From the NCBI GenBank assembly GCA_963717465.1, contig OY970340.1:1-64000 (forward strand): a stretch of DNA of 64,000 nt, written 5' to 3'. The position numbers were made by a program, and so were the translations under genes. How positions within the stretch are numbered: position 1 is the first letter of the stretch; each line of letters opens with the position of its first letter. Positions 54,239 to 64,000 of the stretch are shown piece after piece. Under the pieces are notes generated by a model. The model ran no database searches. It worked only from the letters and a program-made list of their open reading frames with translations, and was not told where the DNA came from. The stretch comes from Candidatus Bathyarchaeota archaeon (lineage in GTDB: Archaea > Thermoproteota > Bathyarchaeia > Bathyarchaeales > Bathycorpusculaceae).

Positions 54239-55180
54239 ATGGTATCAATTGAAGCAATAAACCTTACAAAGCAATACGGTGAATTCGCAGCTCTCATCGA
54301 TTTAAACCTGAAAATTGAGGGCGCTAAATGTGTAGGTTTCCTCGGACCTAACGGATCAGGAAAAACAACAACCCTAAAAATGTTCACTGACCTGATTAGG
54401 CCAACCAAGGGAGAGGCATTAATCAATGGTCTCAACGTTCACAAACAAAAGAAAAAAGCCTTAGAATCTGTAGGCACACTTATCGAAACACCTGAAATCT
54501 ACTCGTCACTAACACCAAGAGAAGCATTGACGATGATAGCGGAAATTCGCGGAGTACCAGGTGGCGAACGAAAAAAGCAAGTGGAAGAAGCCATGGCTGA
54601 AGTGCATATGGAAGAGTGGATTGATAAGCGAGTAGGCAAGTTTTCAAAGGGCATGAAACAAAGAGTGGACATCGCTTCAGCATTACTTAGTAATCCAGAT
54701 ATTGTCTTCTTAGATGAACCAACGACTGGACTGGACCCCAGAGGCATGAGCGAAGTCAGAAGTATAATCAAGACGCTTAAGAGCAAAAACAGGCTCATCT
54801 TTATGAGTTCTCATATTCTGAGCGAAGTTTCAGATGTGTGCGACGAAGTTGCGATGATAAATCATGGAAAACTGATCGTTTATGATTCGATTTCTAAAGT
54901 AACCGCAAGGTTCTCAGGTGGAAACAACGTTGTGGAGGTTGGGCTTCAGCATCCAATTGATGACAAGATTTTGACCAAATCAATTTCAGTATTTTCAGGT
55001 GTAGTTAGTACTGAAAAAATAGATGACAAAAGCCTCAAGATAGGGTTTAGCGGAGGATTGAATGAGCAAGAGCAACTCCTCAATTACCTTGTTAAATTGA
55101 ATATCGGCGTCATCAGCTACAAACCTGCAACTTCGGAACTCGAGGATGTATACCTAAAATTAATAACTGCTACGCTGTGA
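54239..55180 (+). CDS. ABC transporter ATP-binding protein
   Basis: GPNGSGKTT, FSKGMKQR, FLDEPT, SSH. Confidence 0.95.
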   Translation: MVSIEAINLTKQYGEFAALIDLNLKIEGAKCVGFLGPNGSGKTTTLKMFTDLIRPTKGEALINGLNVHKQKKKALESVGTLIETPEIYSSLTPREALTMIAEIRGVPGGERKKQVEEAMAEVHMEEWIDKRVGKFSKGMKQRVDIASALLSNPDIVFLDEPTTGLDPRGMSEVRSIIKTLKSKNRLIFMSSHILSEVSDVCDEVAMINHGKLIVYDSISKVTARFSGGNNVVEVGLQHPIDDKILTKSISVFSGVVSTEKIDDKSLKIGFSGGLNEQEQLLNYLVKLNIGVISYKPATSELEDVYLKLITATL

Positions 55181-56043
55181 TAAAAATGAATGAAAAACAA
55201 GTTGAGTCTAAAAATACTGTACCTGATAGCATAAAACAAGTAGGCGTAACGTTGAAGTACTCACTTCTTGATTACGTTAGATCTCGCAGATTCTTCATAA
55301 TGCTTGCAATAACTGTTCTGATAAGCGTTCTTCTCACCATCCTTGTTGCGTACTATCGACCAGACAGCTTTGTTTCAAGCGAGTTATCTTTCTATAACAG
55401 TTGGTGGGGAACCTCAGTTACATACATAATAATTCTTTCAGGAATATTCTTCGGAGGAGACGCCATTTCAAGCGAATTTCAAAACAAAACAGGCTACTTT
55501 GGAGTCCCAAACCCAATCAGAAGATCATCAATCTACATAGGAAAATGGCTAGGTGCTTTTATCGCGTCCGCCGTAATACTAGGCGTTTTCACGGCGATCA
55601 CATTAGGAAACGGCCTATACTACTTCTCAGGTGTTCCATATCAATTTGCTGAGTCATTCATGTTTGCGCTGTTCTATTTAGTTGCGGTTCTTGGATTCAC
55701 ATTCTTCTTCAGCTCGCTTTTCAAAAGCAGTACATATTCAATAATAGTTACAGCGATACTGTTCTTATTCGCTTTTGCACTTATCCAAGACCTCGTAACA
55801 TCGCTAGTCAACGTTGAACCATGGTTCATCCTAACTTATGGTTCAGGAATCATTAGCAACGTATTAACAGCCACCTACCCAGCTAACATCGTCAAAACCA
55901 TCATGCAAAGAGGACCAGGAGTAAGTGTTACTATGACAAGTTACAATGCAACGATCCCTGAAGGACTTGCAATCATAGCGATATACTTCATCGTCACAGT
56001 TGTTATAGGCTTGATACTGTTCGAAAGAAAAGAATTCAACTAG
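55177..56043 (+). CDS. ABC-2 transporter permease
   Basis: GDAISSEFQNKT, PIRRSSIYIGK, FERKE; six TM helices. Confidence 0.9.
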   Translation: MIKMNEKQVESKNTVPDSIKQVGVTLKYSLLDYVRSRRFFIMLAITVLISVLLTILVAYYRPDSFVSSELSFYNSWWGTSVTYIIILSGIFFGGDAISSEFQNKTGYFGVPNPIRRSSIYIGKWLGAFIASAVILGVFTAITLGNGLYYFSGVPYQFAESFMFALFYLVAVLGFTFFFSSLFKSSTYSIIVTAILFLFAFALIQDLVTSLVNVEPWFILTYGSGIISNVLTATYPANIVKTIMQRGPGVSVTMTSYNATIPEGLAIIAIYFIVTVVIGLILFERKEFN

Positions 56044-56199
56044 AAACGAAGCACATAACAACCCGCGTTTTCCCTTATTTTTTTCAAGGTAATTTTTTCA
56101 AGTTAACTGTACAAGCATAACTCATTCACCAGTCTGAAGATCCATTAAACACGTGCATGCCAAACTATTGCTCTTGTTTTATTTCGCTTTCTAAATGAA

Positions 56200-57262
56200 A
56201 ACGATGTAGAAACCGGTGTACTATAGGTGCTGCAAAAATCGCAATTGAAATCAATAATGTTAGATTTTCTAAAAGAATTCTGAAGCAACAAAAAAGACAT
56301 CCCTTTTATCTTGTTTACGGAAAAAGGCTGGGAAGATGTAATAGTTAGCGCTCTAAATTGGGCGTATACAAGTATTTTATCAAGAATGGTTCACAAGAAT
56401 CAGTTTATAACGAATTGTCAAATGCGATTATTAAAGCTGCGGAAAGCAAAAAAAGCCAAGCAATTGCTTAGCGAATCCGAGCTGAAATATCGCACTGTGG
56501 TCGAAAAATCATCTCAAGGAGTCTTGATTGCTTTAGCTAATCCTCTAAGGATAGTTTTTGTAAATATGGCTTTTTCTGAAAGCGTGGGTTACACAATTGA
56601 AGAATTGCTTTCTATGTCACCAGAAGCGATTACAGGACTTATCTTCAAAGAGGATAGAGCGATTTTTTTTGATCGATTGCAAAAGAGGTTTCAAGGCGAA
56701 ACTGAAAAAAAAGTCCTCGAGTTTAGGGCAGTTCGTAAGGATGGTTCTATTATGTGGGTTGAAGCCTTCTCAAATCCGATAGAATATGAAGGGCAGCGAG
56801 CTGTATTAGGCATGTTCTCAGATATCAGTGAAAACAAGAAGGCTTATCAGGCTCTAAAAGCAAGTGAAGAACAGTTTGGAGAGCTATCGAATTTTCTTCC
56901 TGAAATGATTTTTGAGGATGATTTAACTGGGAAGGTCACTTTCGTTAACCAAAAAGTTTTTGATTTCTCAGGCTTCACTAAAATATGGGAAGACAATATC
57001 ACACATTTATCTACATTATGTCGCTGAAGGAAACGTAATCAAGCTTTTCTACGAGGATGATGGAGCAGGCATATCACAAGCTAACAAGCCCAAGCTATTT
57101 ACGGAAGGTTTCTCGACAGGTAAAGGAACAGGTCATGGTCTTTACATTGTAAAAAGAACCATGAAAGTCTACGGTTGGGAAATAGAAGAAATTGGATCAG
57201 AAGGAAAAGGAGTAAAATTCCAAATCACAATATCCAAACCAATCGAAGTTGGAGCATCGTGA
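56200..57262 (+). pseudogene. Decayed receiver-PAS-histidine kinase hybrid
   Basis: Receiver remnant (LFTEKGWEDVIVSALN), PAS domain (RAVRKDGSIMWVE), truncated second PAS joined out of frame to HATPase (YEDDGAGI, GTGHGL); HisKA missing. Confidence 0.8.
56227..56260 (+). repeat. Dispersed ~35-bp motif, copy 2
   Basis: GTGCTGCAAAAATCGCAATTGAAATCAATAATGT; near-identical to 49713-49748. Confidence 0.65.
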
Positions 57263-57358
57263 TTTTAGGTTCTTTACTTATCAAATCCCATGTTTAAACA
57301 ATGGTATGGTTGCAAGCTTTTGGATGATCATGGCATTCAATATTCTATGTTTTTTGGG

Positions 57359-58087
57359 CTAGAAGTGTATGTTTATGGATTTTGAGAAGTATCCTAGTGG
57401 AGTTTTTACGCGTTCGCCGTAAACTTGTTTCAGCAGTTTTATGTAATCGTTGTTTTGGTCGATTGTAAACTCGTATTTTCCGTTAGTTGAATGTATTTGC
57501 ACTTCAAATTCGTAAATCTGCTGATCTTGTCTTACGAGCCTATCTTTAAGCTTGATTTCGCTTATCGTGTTATTGTTTATGGCAAAGTTTCCTTGTGTTT
57601 CAAAAAATATTGCTGCTGGCGGCATGCTCAGGTACTTTCTTGTGTATCCATAAGTTGTTTTTAATTGGTCGGACCATTGACCCCAAAAGCCTTTGCCTTC
57701 AGCTTTGGCTTGGTCTCGCGCTTGCTGAACAGCATCCTTTAACATTTCATTTGTCAACTGCGCAAAAATTAACCGCTCATTAGTCAACACGCCAGTGTAA
57801 GTATCCCATCGACCAAACGATTTAGATTTTTTAAAAATCATTGCTCCAATTACTACTTCGGAGCCAGATTGAGTTAACGGTGCTGAAGGGGCCATAGGCG
57901 GTGATTGTGCAGCTTGAATTATTTGGGGTGGTGGAGGCGGCGGAGGAGGCGCAGCGTTTGGCATTTGAGCAGGACTCTGCTGTGCGTTATCCATTTCCAT
58001 ATTTACTGGCTTTCCACAGTTGCGACAAAACTTTGCGTTTGGGTTGATCTGTGAACCACAGTTCTCACAATAGGGCATACGGGGCAT
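57359..58087 (-). CDS. Double zinc-ribbon protein with Pro-rich linker and PH-like C-terminal domain
   Basis: CENCG...FCRNCG, poly-Pro, VLTNERLIF. Confidence 0.8.
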   Translation of the reverse strand: MPRMPYCENCGSQINPNAKFCRNCGKPVNMEMDNAQQSPAQMPNAAPPPPPPPPQIIQAAQSPPMAPSAPLTQSGSEVVIGAMIFKKSKSFGRWDTYTGVLTNERLIFAQLTNEMLKDAVQQARDQAKAEGKGFWGQWSDQLKTTYGYTRKYLSMPPAAIFFETQGNFAINNNTISEIKLKDRLVRQDQQIYEFEVQIHSTNGKYEFTIDQNNDYIKLLKQVYGERVKTPLGYFSKSINIHF

Positions 58088-58418
58088 CTCTCATCCTTCG
58101 ATGAGACCTTAACAAATTTAAGGCTATCTTGATTAAAGTTGTTTTTACTAACGCGGACTTCCTGACCAAATCGCTCATGTTTAAGTTTTTTCAGTTTGGT
58201 TTTGAATGTTTTCTCTTCTCCGGTTTAGTTAGGTTTTGCTTTTGCTAATAAATGTGTCTTCTTTGAGGTTTATTGTGTGGCCTTTTGTTGTTGTTTCCAT
58301 TAGATTAGGACAATCAAAAATGGCTTAGACTTAATTAACTTGCGGCATTGTGGCAAATGTTTTCAAAAGCTTTGGTTGTGAAAGAGATAATAAGTACTAG
58401 TGATTAAGGGAACGGAAT

Positions 58419-59366
58419 ATGGCTCTTAATCAACAAGGGGAAGAAGAAAAACCGAAGCCAAAAGCAGAGCACGATTATGTGCGGATCTTTTTTATAATTT
58501 TGTCAGTAGTGTTTGTTATAGCCCTAGCTGTAGTGTACGTTTATTATGATTTAATGCCTGGATTAGAATTCTTAGTCTTTGTTGTGTTAATTTATGCAGC
58601 GTACAACAAGAAGACCTGGAAATTTGTGAAAGATTGGGTTCCGTTTGTTTTAGTTTTCGCTTCCTACGAAAGCATGAATGATCTTGTGGGCGCAACTGCT
58701 GCGTTACACTTACATGATGGACCGTATAATCTTGATAATATTCTTTTTTTTGGAAATAATCTAACTTTAATTTTTCAACATTATTTGGGATCGCCAGTTT
58801 TGGATTATTTCGGCGCCTTTTTCTACACAATTTACCTTTTTGTTCCAACCGTGTTTGCCTTTTTCGTTTGGAGAAAAGACTATGAAGTCTACAAGAGTTA
58901 TGTTATTGCTTTTGGCGTGTTGGTTTATAGTGCCTTATTGACCTTTCTTGTTTATCCTGTTGCGCCACCATGGCTTAACCCAGCTTTAACAGATCAAGGT
59001 CTTGTTCATCTTTTGACAGCATCAGTTGACAAAAGCATAGGATTTCCTGTGTATACAACACTTTATGGATATTTCGGATCAAATGCGTATGCAGCGTTTC
59101 CAAGTCTTCACTCAGCAATACCTTGGCTAGTTTTTCTTTTCGCATACAAAATATGGGGAAAAAAAGCTTTGCCCTTGGTGATTATTCCTGTTGGAACCTG
59201 GTTTAGTGCAATCTATTTAGGTGAACATTACTTAACGGACGTTCTGGGTGGAATTCTTTATGCTACCTTAGCCTACCTATTTGTTGTGAAACTTTTGCCG
59301 TTTTTGTCAAAACGATTCAGTCCTCCACCAAAACTTCAACATTTTTTGAATCGACTAAACAGTTAG
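58419..59366 (+). CDS. PAP2 superfamily, Aur1/inositolphosphoceramide synthase-like membrane phosphotransferase
   Basis: YPVAPPW, AAFPSLH, IYLGEHYLTDV. Confidence 0.88.
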   Translation: MALNQQGEEEKPKPKAEHDYVRIFFIILSVVFVIALAVVYVYYDLMPGLEFLVFVVLIYAAYNKKTWKFVKDWVPFVLVFASYESMNDLVGATAALHLHDGPYNLDNILFFGNNLTLIFQHYLGSPVLDYFGAFFYTIYLFVPTVFAFFVWRKDYEVYKSYVIAFGVLVYSALLTFLVYPVAPPWLNPALTDQGLVHLLTASVDKSIGFPVYTTLYGYFGSNAYAAFPSLHSAIPWLVFLFAYKIWGKKALPLVIIPVGTWFSAIYLGEHYLTDVLGGILYATLAYLFVVKLLPFLSKRFSPPPKLQHFLNRLNS

Positions 59367-59463
59367 GCTTGCTTGCTGCAAGAAAAGGCCTTTGTGTCAG
59401 TCATAATTTAACGTAAGAAAGTCTATTTGTCAGATGATTATTAATAATTATCTGATAATAAAT

Positions 59464-59698
59464 ATGTCTGAAAAAGTTAAAGTTGGAATGCGGGGTCAGT
59501 TAGTTATTCCAAAAAAGTTCCGTAAAAAAATACAACATAGAAAGCGGAATAGTAGTTGAAATTGATGACACAGGGAAAGGCTTACTTTTGAAACCTTTCA
59601 ATCCAGTTGCCGAACTGAAAGGAATAGGTAAAGGTTTCTATGGAGACCCAGTTAGGTATCAGAAAAAGATGCGTGAAGAATGGGAAAGCCAACAATGA
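59464..59698 (+). CDS. vapB: AbrB/MazE-type antitoxin (frameshift in A-run near 59530)
   Basis: VKVGMRGQLVIPKKFRK(K)YNIESG...LLLKP...MREEWE; ATGA overlap with the PIN gene. Confidence 0.8.
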
Positions 59699-60104
59699 AA
59701 ATATGTTTGGACACAAATGTCCTAATTTATTTCTTGGAAGGAATCGAACCGCAAACAAGCAAAGTAGAAAATATACTGAACAGTTTTATGAAAGCTCAGC
59801 ATGAAGGAGTAGTTTCAACCATAACAGTTGCACAAATCTTAACCCGGCGCCTACAGGTCGAACGAAGCCAAAGCTGGCGAGGTTAAGAAGCTGCTAAATG
59901 ATTTGACCATTAATAGTTTCAAAATAGTGCCTTTTACGTTTGAAATTGCCGATTTGGCTGCCAACCTGCGAGCAAAGAGAAGTGGAAGATTACCTGGACG
60001 CTTTAATCGTAGCCACAGCACTTAGCCAAAAATCCGATTGCCTCTACTCCGAAGATAAGGATTTGCAACGTTTCAACCAAGAAATCAAAATATCCAAGTT
60101 ATAG
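59695..60104 (+). pseudogene. vapC: PIN-domain VapC toxin, multiply frameshifted
   Basis: KICLDTNVLIYF, STITVAQ, IADLAANLRA, (D)ALIVATA, EDKDL spread over several frames. Confidence 0.78.
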
Positions 60105-60336
60105 AAAACAATTTCTTAAAATATTGCTTAAAGACGGGCGAGCTGATGTGTGGTTGTAACCCGTCTTTGGTCTTAGTATTTCTGTCAGGTTTCACACATT
60201 CAACACAACAATGAACAGTTATTATATAAATTTTAAATTAAGAAGATGCGTAACTTAAATTATTTAATGCTTTTTGAACATTAAGAAGTATTAAATATAA
60301 CTTGAACATAAGGGACAAAGACATGAGGTTTGCTAA

Positions 60337-60846
60337 ATGAGAAAGAAAATTGCAATTATTGGAATAATTCTGTTAGTTATAGGAGTTGCGATGCTTGCCG
60401 TAGGAGTGTATGGCGCAAGCGGTTCAATTACGACTATAAGTACGTTTAATCAGCCGAATACTGGTGAATATGTCTCCACTCAGTTCGCCGCTGATTCTTC
60501 TGAGACGCTAGTGGTTAGCTCGCCGTCATCTATCGGGGGACTGGTTCCTGCTCAAGATGTCAACACAGTGAGCTCAACCAACATTAACTCCTACGCAGCA
60601 TCATATAATGCAACAGCCGGAGGAACAGAGGTGTACTACGGGCTCAGCGGCACCTACTGCTACGTAGCTTTCTCTTCAACGTCTCCTAACTCAACAATAA
60701 TCATTCTGAACACTGCTGTCGCTACTGAGTATGGTGTACTGGCGATAGGAGGTATAGCATTCGCTATTATCGGGATTATTATTGCCATTGTAGGTGCGGT
60801 ACTTAAGGTGAAAAAGGTAGAAAATAGCGGCGTAAGTCAAAACTAG
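60337..60846 (+). CDS. Two-TM hypothetical protein with Ser/Thr-rich extracellular loop
   Basis: N- and C-terminal hydrophobic helices; GAGGT RBS. Confidence 0.75.
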   Translation: MRKKIAIIGIILLVIGVAMLAVGVYGASGSITTISTFNQPNTGEYVSTQFAADSSETLVVSSPSSIGGLVPAQDVNTVSSTNINSYAASYNATAGGTEVYYGLSGTYCYVAFSSTSPNSTIIILNTAVATEYGVLAIGGIAFAIIGIIIAIVGAVLKVKKVENSGVSQN

Positions 60847-61055
60847 AATGCTGATGTTGGTTCCAACGAACGGCTACAGAGTCCAAACGACATATTCAAT
60901 TTCACTTTTCTACTTTAGTTGCCAATCTCAGGTAAGAATGCAATGCAACCGCTTTTCTGGTTTTGAGCCGAGGCATTTTGGCAAAATCTTTTATTAATTC
61001 TTAACAAATGTCTAACCGAGATAAGCGCACGCTTACGTAATTGGAGGAATTAAGT

Positions 61056-61997
61056 ATGAACTTTGAAGACAGACTGCATCCTGATTTTGTTCCAGATATA
61101 TCGAGTCTACCTGCGTTGGAGTTTTTGCCTGAAATTATACCTGATTTGCAGCAACTTACAAGAGAACATTTTTTAGAAGCTGGAATGCCTCAAGATGACA
61201 AAATTTCGGTGTATAATCGAAATATTCCAGGTCGAAATGGAGCACCAGATGTTCGTGTCAGAATATATGAGCCTAAAGAAAAAACAGGTTTAATTCCTGC
61301 AGTTGAATGGATGCATGGGGGAGCATTCGTTATAGGATTGCCTGAAATGAATGATGATGTATGTATTCGTATAGCCAAAGAGATTAACTGTATAGTTATT
61401 TCCCCCGATTACCGTTTAGCACCTCAGAACCCTTATCCTTGCGCCTTAAACGATTGTTACACAACATTATTGTGGCTCGCAAATAATTCAGAAGAGCTAA
61501 AAGTTGATACTTCTAGAATCGCAGTGGCTGGAGTAAGCGCTGGTGGCGGTCTAGCGGCAGCAGTATGTTTATTGGCAAGAGACAAAAATGATCTCAAAAT
61601 TAAATTTCAAATGCCGCTCTACCCAATGATAGACGATCGGTTCATTACACAATCAAGCAGTGAAATTCAAGATGAGAGAGTGTGGAACACTGCGAACAAT
61701 GTCTCCAGCTGGAATATGTACTTAGGCGGAAAAAAAGATGACGTTTCTCAATATGCTGCACCTGCAAGAGCTACTGATTTATCAGGCCTGCCACCCGCGT
61801 ACACATGCGTGGGTGATCTTGAACCGTTCCGCGATGAAACAATAGAGTACGTCTCTAAATTAACCAAAGCTGGAGTACCCGTGGAATTTCATCTTAACCC
61901 CGGGTGCTTTCATGGATGCGAACTTATAATCACTGACGCAGAAATAAGCAAACGAATAGTTACAGAGTATGTTCAAGCATTAAAAAGAAGCTTATAA
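61056..61997 (+). CDS. Alpha/beta hydrolase (HSL family esterase)
   Basis: HGGAF, DYRLAP, GVSAGG, EPFRDE, FHG; GGAGG RBS. Confidence 0.93.
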   Translation: MNFEDRLHPDFVPDISSLPALEFLPEIIPDLQQLTREHFLEAGMPQDDKISVYNRNIPGRNGAPDVRVRIYEPKEKTGLIPAVEWMHGGAFVIGLPEMNDDVCIRIAKEINCIVISPDYRLAPQNPYPCALNDCYTTLLWLANNSEELKVDTSRIAVAGVSAGGGLAAAVCLLARDKNDLKIKFQMPLYPMIDDRFITQSSSEIQDERVWNTANNVSSWNMYLGGKKDDVSQYAAPARATDLSGLPPAYTCVGDLEPFRDETIEYVSKLTKAGVPVEFHLNPGCFHGCELIITDAEISKRIVTEYVQALKRSL

Positions 61998-62132
61998 GTA
62001 AGCAATAGTTCGCTTTTAGAAGGAAGAGCAGTACCCCGTTGAGGAAGTGCCTTTAGACGTTTGTTGGTATTGCTATGAAGCCACAAATCGTTAAGTCGTC
62101 ATCTTCCTTGTTAAATAAGGAGGAGTTGTTTT

Positions 62133-62813
62133 TTGGGGCTCTCTGATTATTTCGGTCGCTTTTGGTTCGCTGCAGAACCTATTTTCGGGATTGTGATGAC
62201 TCTTGTCTTTCTGGGTATTCTTAGAAATCAAATCATTTACGCTTATCCATTTCTGCTTGAGCGGATCTTAGCATTTGTTTTCAGCGCTGCAATTTCGTGT
62301 TGCATTGCTTGGGGAATAGTTGATGGTATCTTCTATGCTTGGGAAAATCACGCTTTAGCAACAAGAAAGAACCTTGTAGCAAACAATGCGAAGAACCAGA
62401 AAAAGAGGGATGAGAGCCTCAAAATGGTTGAGGAAGACCTCCAAGATACATATGTAAACATCCTAGATGAAGAGGATAAGAAGAAAATCTATGAAATGGT
62501 CATAGCCAATCTAGCCAAAATTGAAGAAAAAGAGAAAGTGCCCTTAAAAAACGACCTAATAACAATCTTTTTGGATTTGTGCCTGAACTTTGGTGCTTGC
62601 ATAGTGATAATTCTTCCGCTTATATTGCTGCAGAACATACTAGAAATCCGTGAATTAGTAAGTTTAGCAGTTATAATAGCGATTATTCTGATGTTTATAA
62701 TCGGCGTCTGGACTGAAACACGCAAAAGTCTAGTGTTCAAAGTAAAGAAGGGAATTACGTATGCTGTGCTAGGCATAATTATTACTGTATTAACATATTT
62801 CCTAGGTGGGTAA
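62133..62813 (+). CDS. Membrane protein, VIT1/CCC1-like
   Basis: EPIFGIVMTL, AWGIVDG, acidic cytoplasmic loop, five TM helices. Confidence 0.55.
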   Translation: MGLSDYFGRFWFAAEPIFGIVMTLVFLGILRNQIIYAYPFLLERILAFVFSAAISCCIAWGIVDGIFYAWENHALATRKNLVANNAKNQKKRDESLKMVEEDLQDTYVNILDEEDKKKIYEMVIANLAKIEEKEKVPLKNDLITIFLDLCLNFGACIVIILPLILLQNILEIRELVSLAVIIAIILMFIIGVWTETRKSLVFKVKKGITYAVLGIIITVLTYFLGG

Positions 62814-63000
62814 CCAAGTGCAAGGCAGAGCCCTTGTCTGTGGGGAGGTATCCTTTGGGAAAGGGTCATCCGCTATGGAGGAGTACAAGGTTTACTTAGC
62901 AGGCGAATCGCATGAAGGTAAGGTCTTCGTTAGACTTTCTCATCTTTGGTGTTATAGTTGCTGTGGTTATTTGATGCAATAAACTTAAATAATTAAGTCC

Positions 63001-63030
63001 AATGCATATCGCTATGCATTAAAATGCATA
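63001..63030. promoter_or_regulatory. Palindromic operator candidate AATGCATA-N4-TATGCATT plus a third AATGCATA
   Basis: Perfect 8-bp inverted repeat between a TATA-like TTAAATA (about 62986) and ATG 63041. Confidence 0.55.
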
Positions 63031-63040
63031 AGGGAAAAGC

Positions 63041-63592
63041 ATGAACAAAACATCCAAAGTAGCCATCGTAATTATGCTTGTTGTTTTAGTTGTCGCGGTA
63101 TTCGTCCCAGTCTACTATTTGTACTTAGCACCAAAACCAAGCAATAATAGTCAAATAGATATCGGAGATGTTGTAGAAAACATCAATGGATCCATATCCG
63201 TCATGGGCAATGTAGCTAAACCTGAGAATCTAACAATTCAGCAACTATATGCTCTTGGTGTAATTGATCTTAAAGTGGACATTACAACTACTTGCTGTCC
63301 TGGAAGTGGTACATATACTTATACTGGCATAAGCCTAAGAAGTCTGCTTCAAGAAGTTCAAGCTAACAGCAATGCTACAGGCATCGTTTTCTCAGCCTCT
63401 GATGGGTGTTCAGGGAACGTGACGATGAGCGATGTATACGGAAGCAACCAAATGATTCTGGCTTATCTTAAAGATGACTCAGCTATGGCACCGCTGTCTA
63501 ACGACGGCGAAGGACCAATTAGGCTAGTTATCGGCAATCAAACTTCGCCACAGTACTGGTTAAAAGGCATTATTACTGTAGATGTGGTCTAA
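63041..63592 (+). CDS. Membrane-anchored molybdopterin-oxidoreductase-domain protein
   Basis: N-terminal TM, YTGISLRSLL, ASDG, ILAY, GPIRLV, WLKGI. Confidence 0.8.
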   Translation: MNKTSKVAIVIMLVVLVVAVFVPVYYLYLAPKPSNNSQIDIGDVVENINGSISVMGNVAKPENLTIQQLYALGVIDLKVDITTTCCPGSGTYTYTGISLRSLLQEVQANSNATGIVFSASDGCSGNVTMSDVYGSNQMILAYLKDDSAMAPLSNDGEGPIRLVIGNQTSPQYWLKGIITVDVV

Positions 63593-63661
63593 TTTTCCTG
63601 CGCGATCTGTTAAGCTGCAGATTTATGGATCCTTCCGCTGTGACTTGGGGAAACTGGAGCG

Positions 63662-64000
63662 ATGCCAATGAATGCATTTACGTTAGTCTTTAAAAATCTT
63701 TCAAGGCGAAAAGGACGCGCAATTATCAGTTCAACAGGTTTGGTACTGTCCGTTGCCATTATTGTCTCAACTTTTGCAGTTTCAAGTACAATGCAAGCGC
63801 AAGTAGGTGATGAAATGGACAAGTATGGGCCAGACATAATCGTTACGCCTAATACTCAGTCGATTGATGTTGCTTATGGAAGCGTAATTATTGGAAATAA
63901 TTTTATTAATGAAACTGCTGTAAACGCTATCTACACTATCCCGAATTGTGCAAACATTCGTGTTGTATCACCAAAATTGTATGATCAAGTTTCCTATGAA
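63662..64000 (+). CDS. MacB/FtsX-type ABC permease, truncated by window edge
   Basis: MNAFTLVFKNLSRRKGRAIISSTGLVLSVAIIV...MDKYGPDIIVTP. Confidence 0.8.
   Translation, partial: MPMNAFTLVFKNLSRRKGRAIISSTGLVLSVAIIVSTFAVSSTMQAQVGDEMDKYGPDIIVTPNTQSIDVAYGSVIIGNNFINETAVNAIYTIPNCANIRVVSPKLYDQVSYE

Noticed and set aside
58090..58300. Gene remnant on the minus strand
   Set aside because: Short interrupted frames with no identifiable motif
62814..62940. GC-richer intergenic stretch as riboswitch or ncRNA
   Set aside because: Only a short imperfect hairpin; no Moco or other riboswitch consensus recognised

Overview
Gene-dense archaeal chromosome window of about 70 genes, most likely from a TACK-lineage archaeon such as Bathyarchaeia. 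This assignment is inferred from the TFE-beta gene, Rpp21, the Fe-S-containing RpoD, a proteolipid with a presequence and the style of the PAS-kinase remnant; it was not checked by search. Bases 1-49 kb are mostly housekeeping: an A/V-type ATP synthase cluster, a flavodoxin/ferritin-like/FprA operon, the S13-S4-S11-RpoD-L18e-L13-S9-RpoN cluster, rfbACBD plus glycosyltransferases, proteasome alpha and beta, nadC/nadX, rlmE, tfeB, KEOPS (kae1, bud32, pcc1), rps15, GAN/Cdc45, valS and ppk2. Bases 49-64 kb are accessory: a soluble MCP, a repeat protein, ABC systems, a decayed PAS kinase, VapBC, a PAP2 protein and an esterase. Best-supported unusual items: (1) a 684-bp non-autonomous IS6-type element with perfect 14-bp terminal inverted repeats, an 8-bp target duplication and an intact passenger gene; (2) an ATP synthase cluster with an inverted subunit I gene, an embedded UspA gene, a hidden 59-aa coiled-coil ORF and an apparent ATA start for subunit A; (3) an exact 414-bp tandem duplication in a basic amphipathic protein next to a sensor-less chemoreceptor. 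Many single-base frameshifts, including in essential genes, most likely reflect sequencing or assembly indels. No rRNA, tRNA or CRISPR array was recognised.
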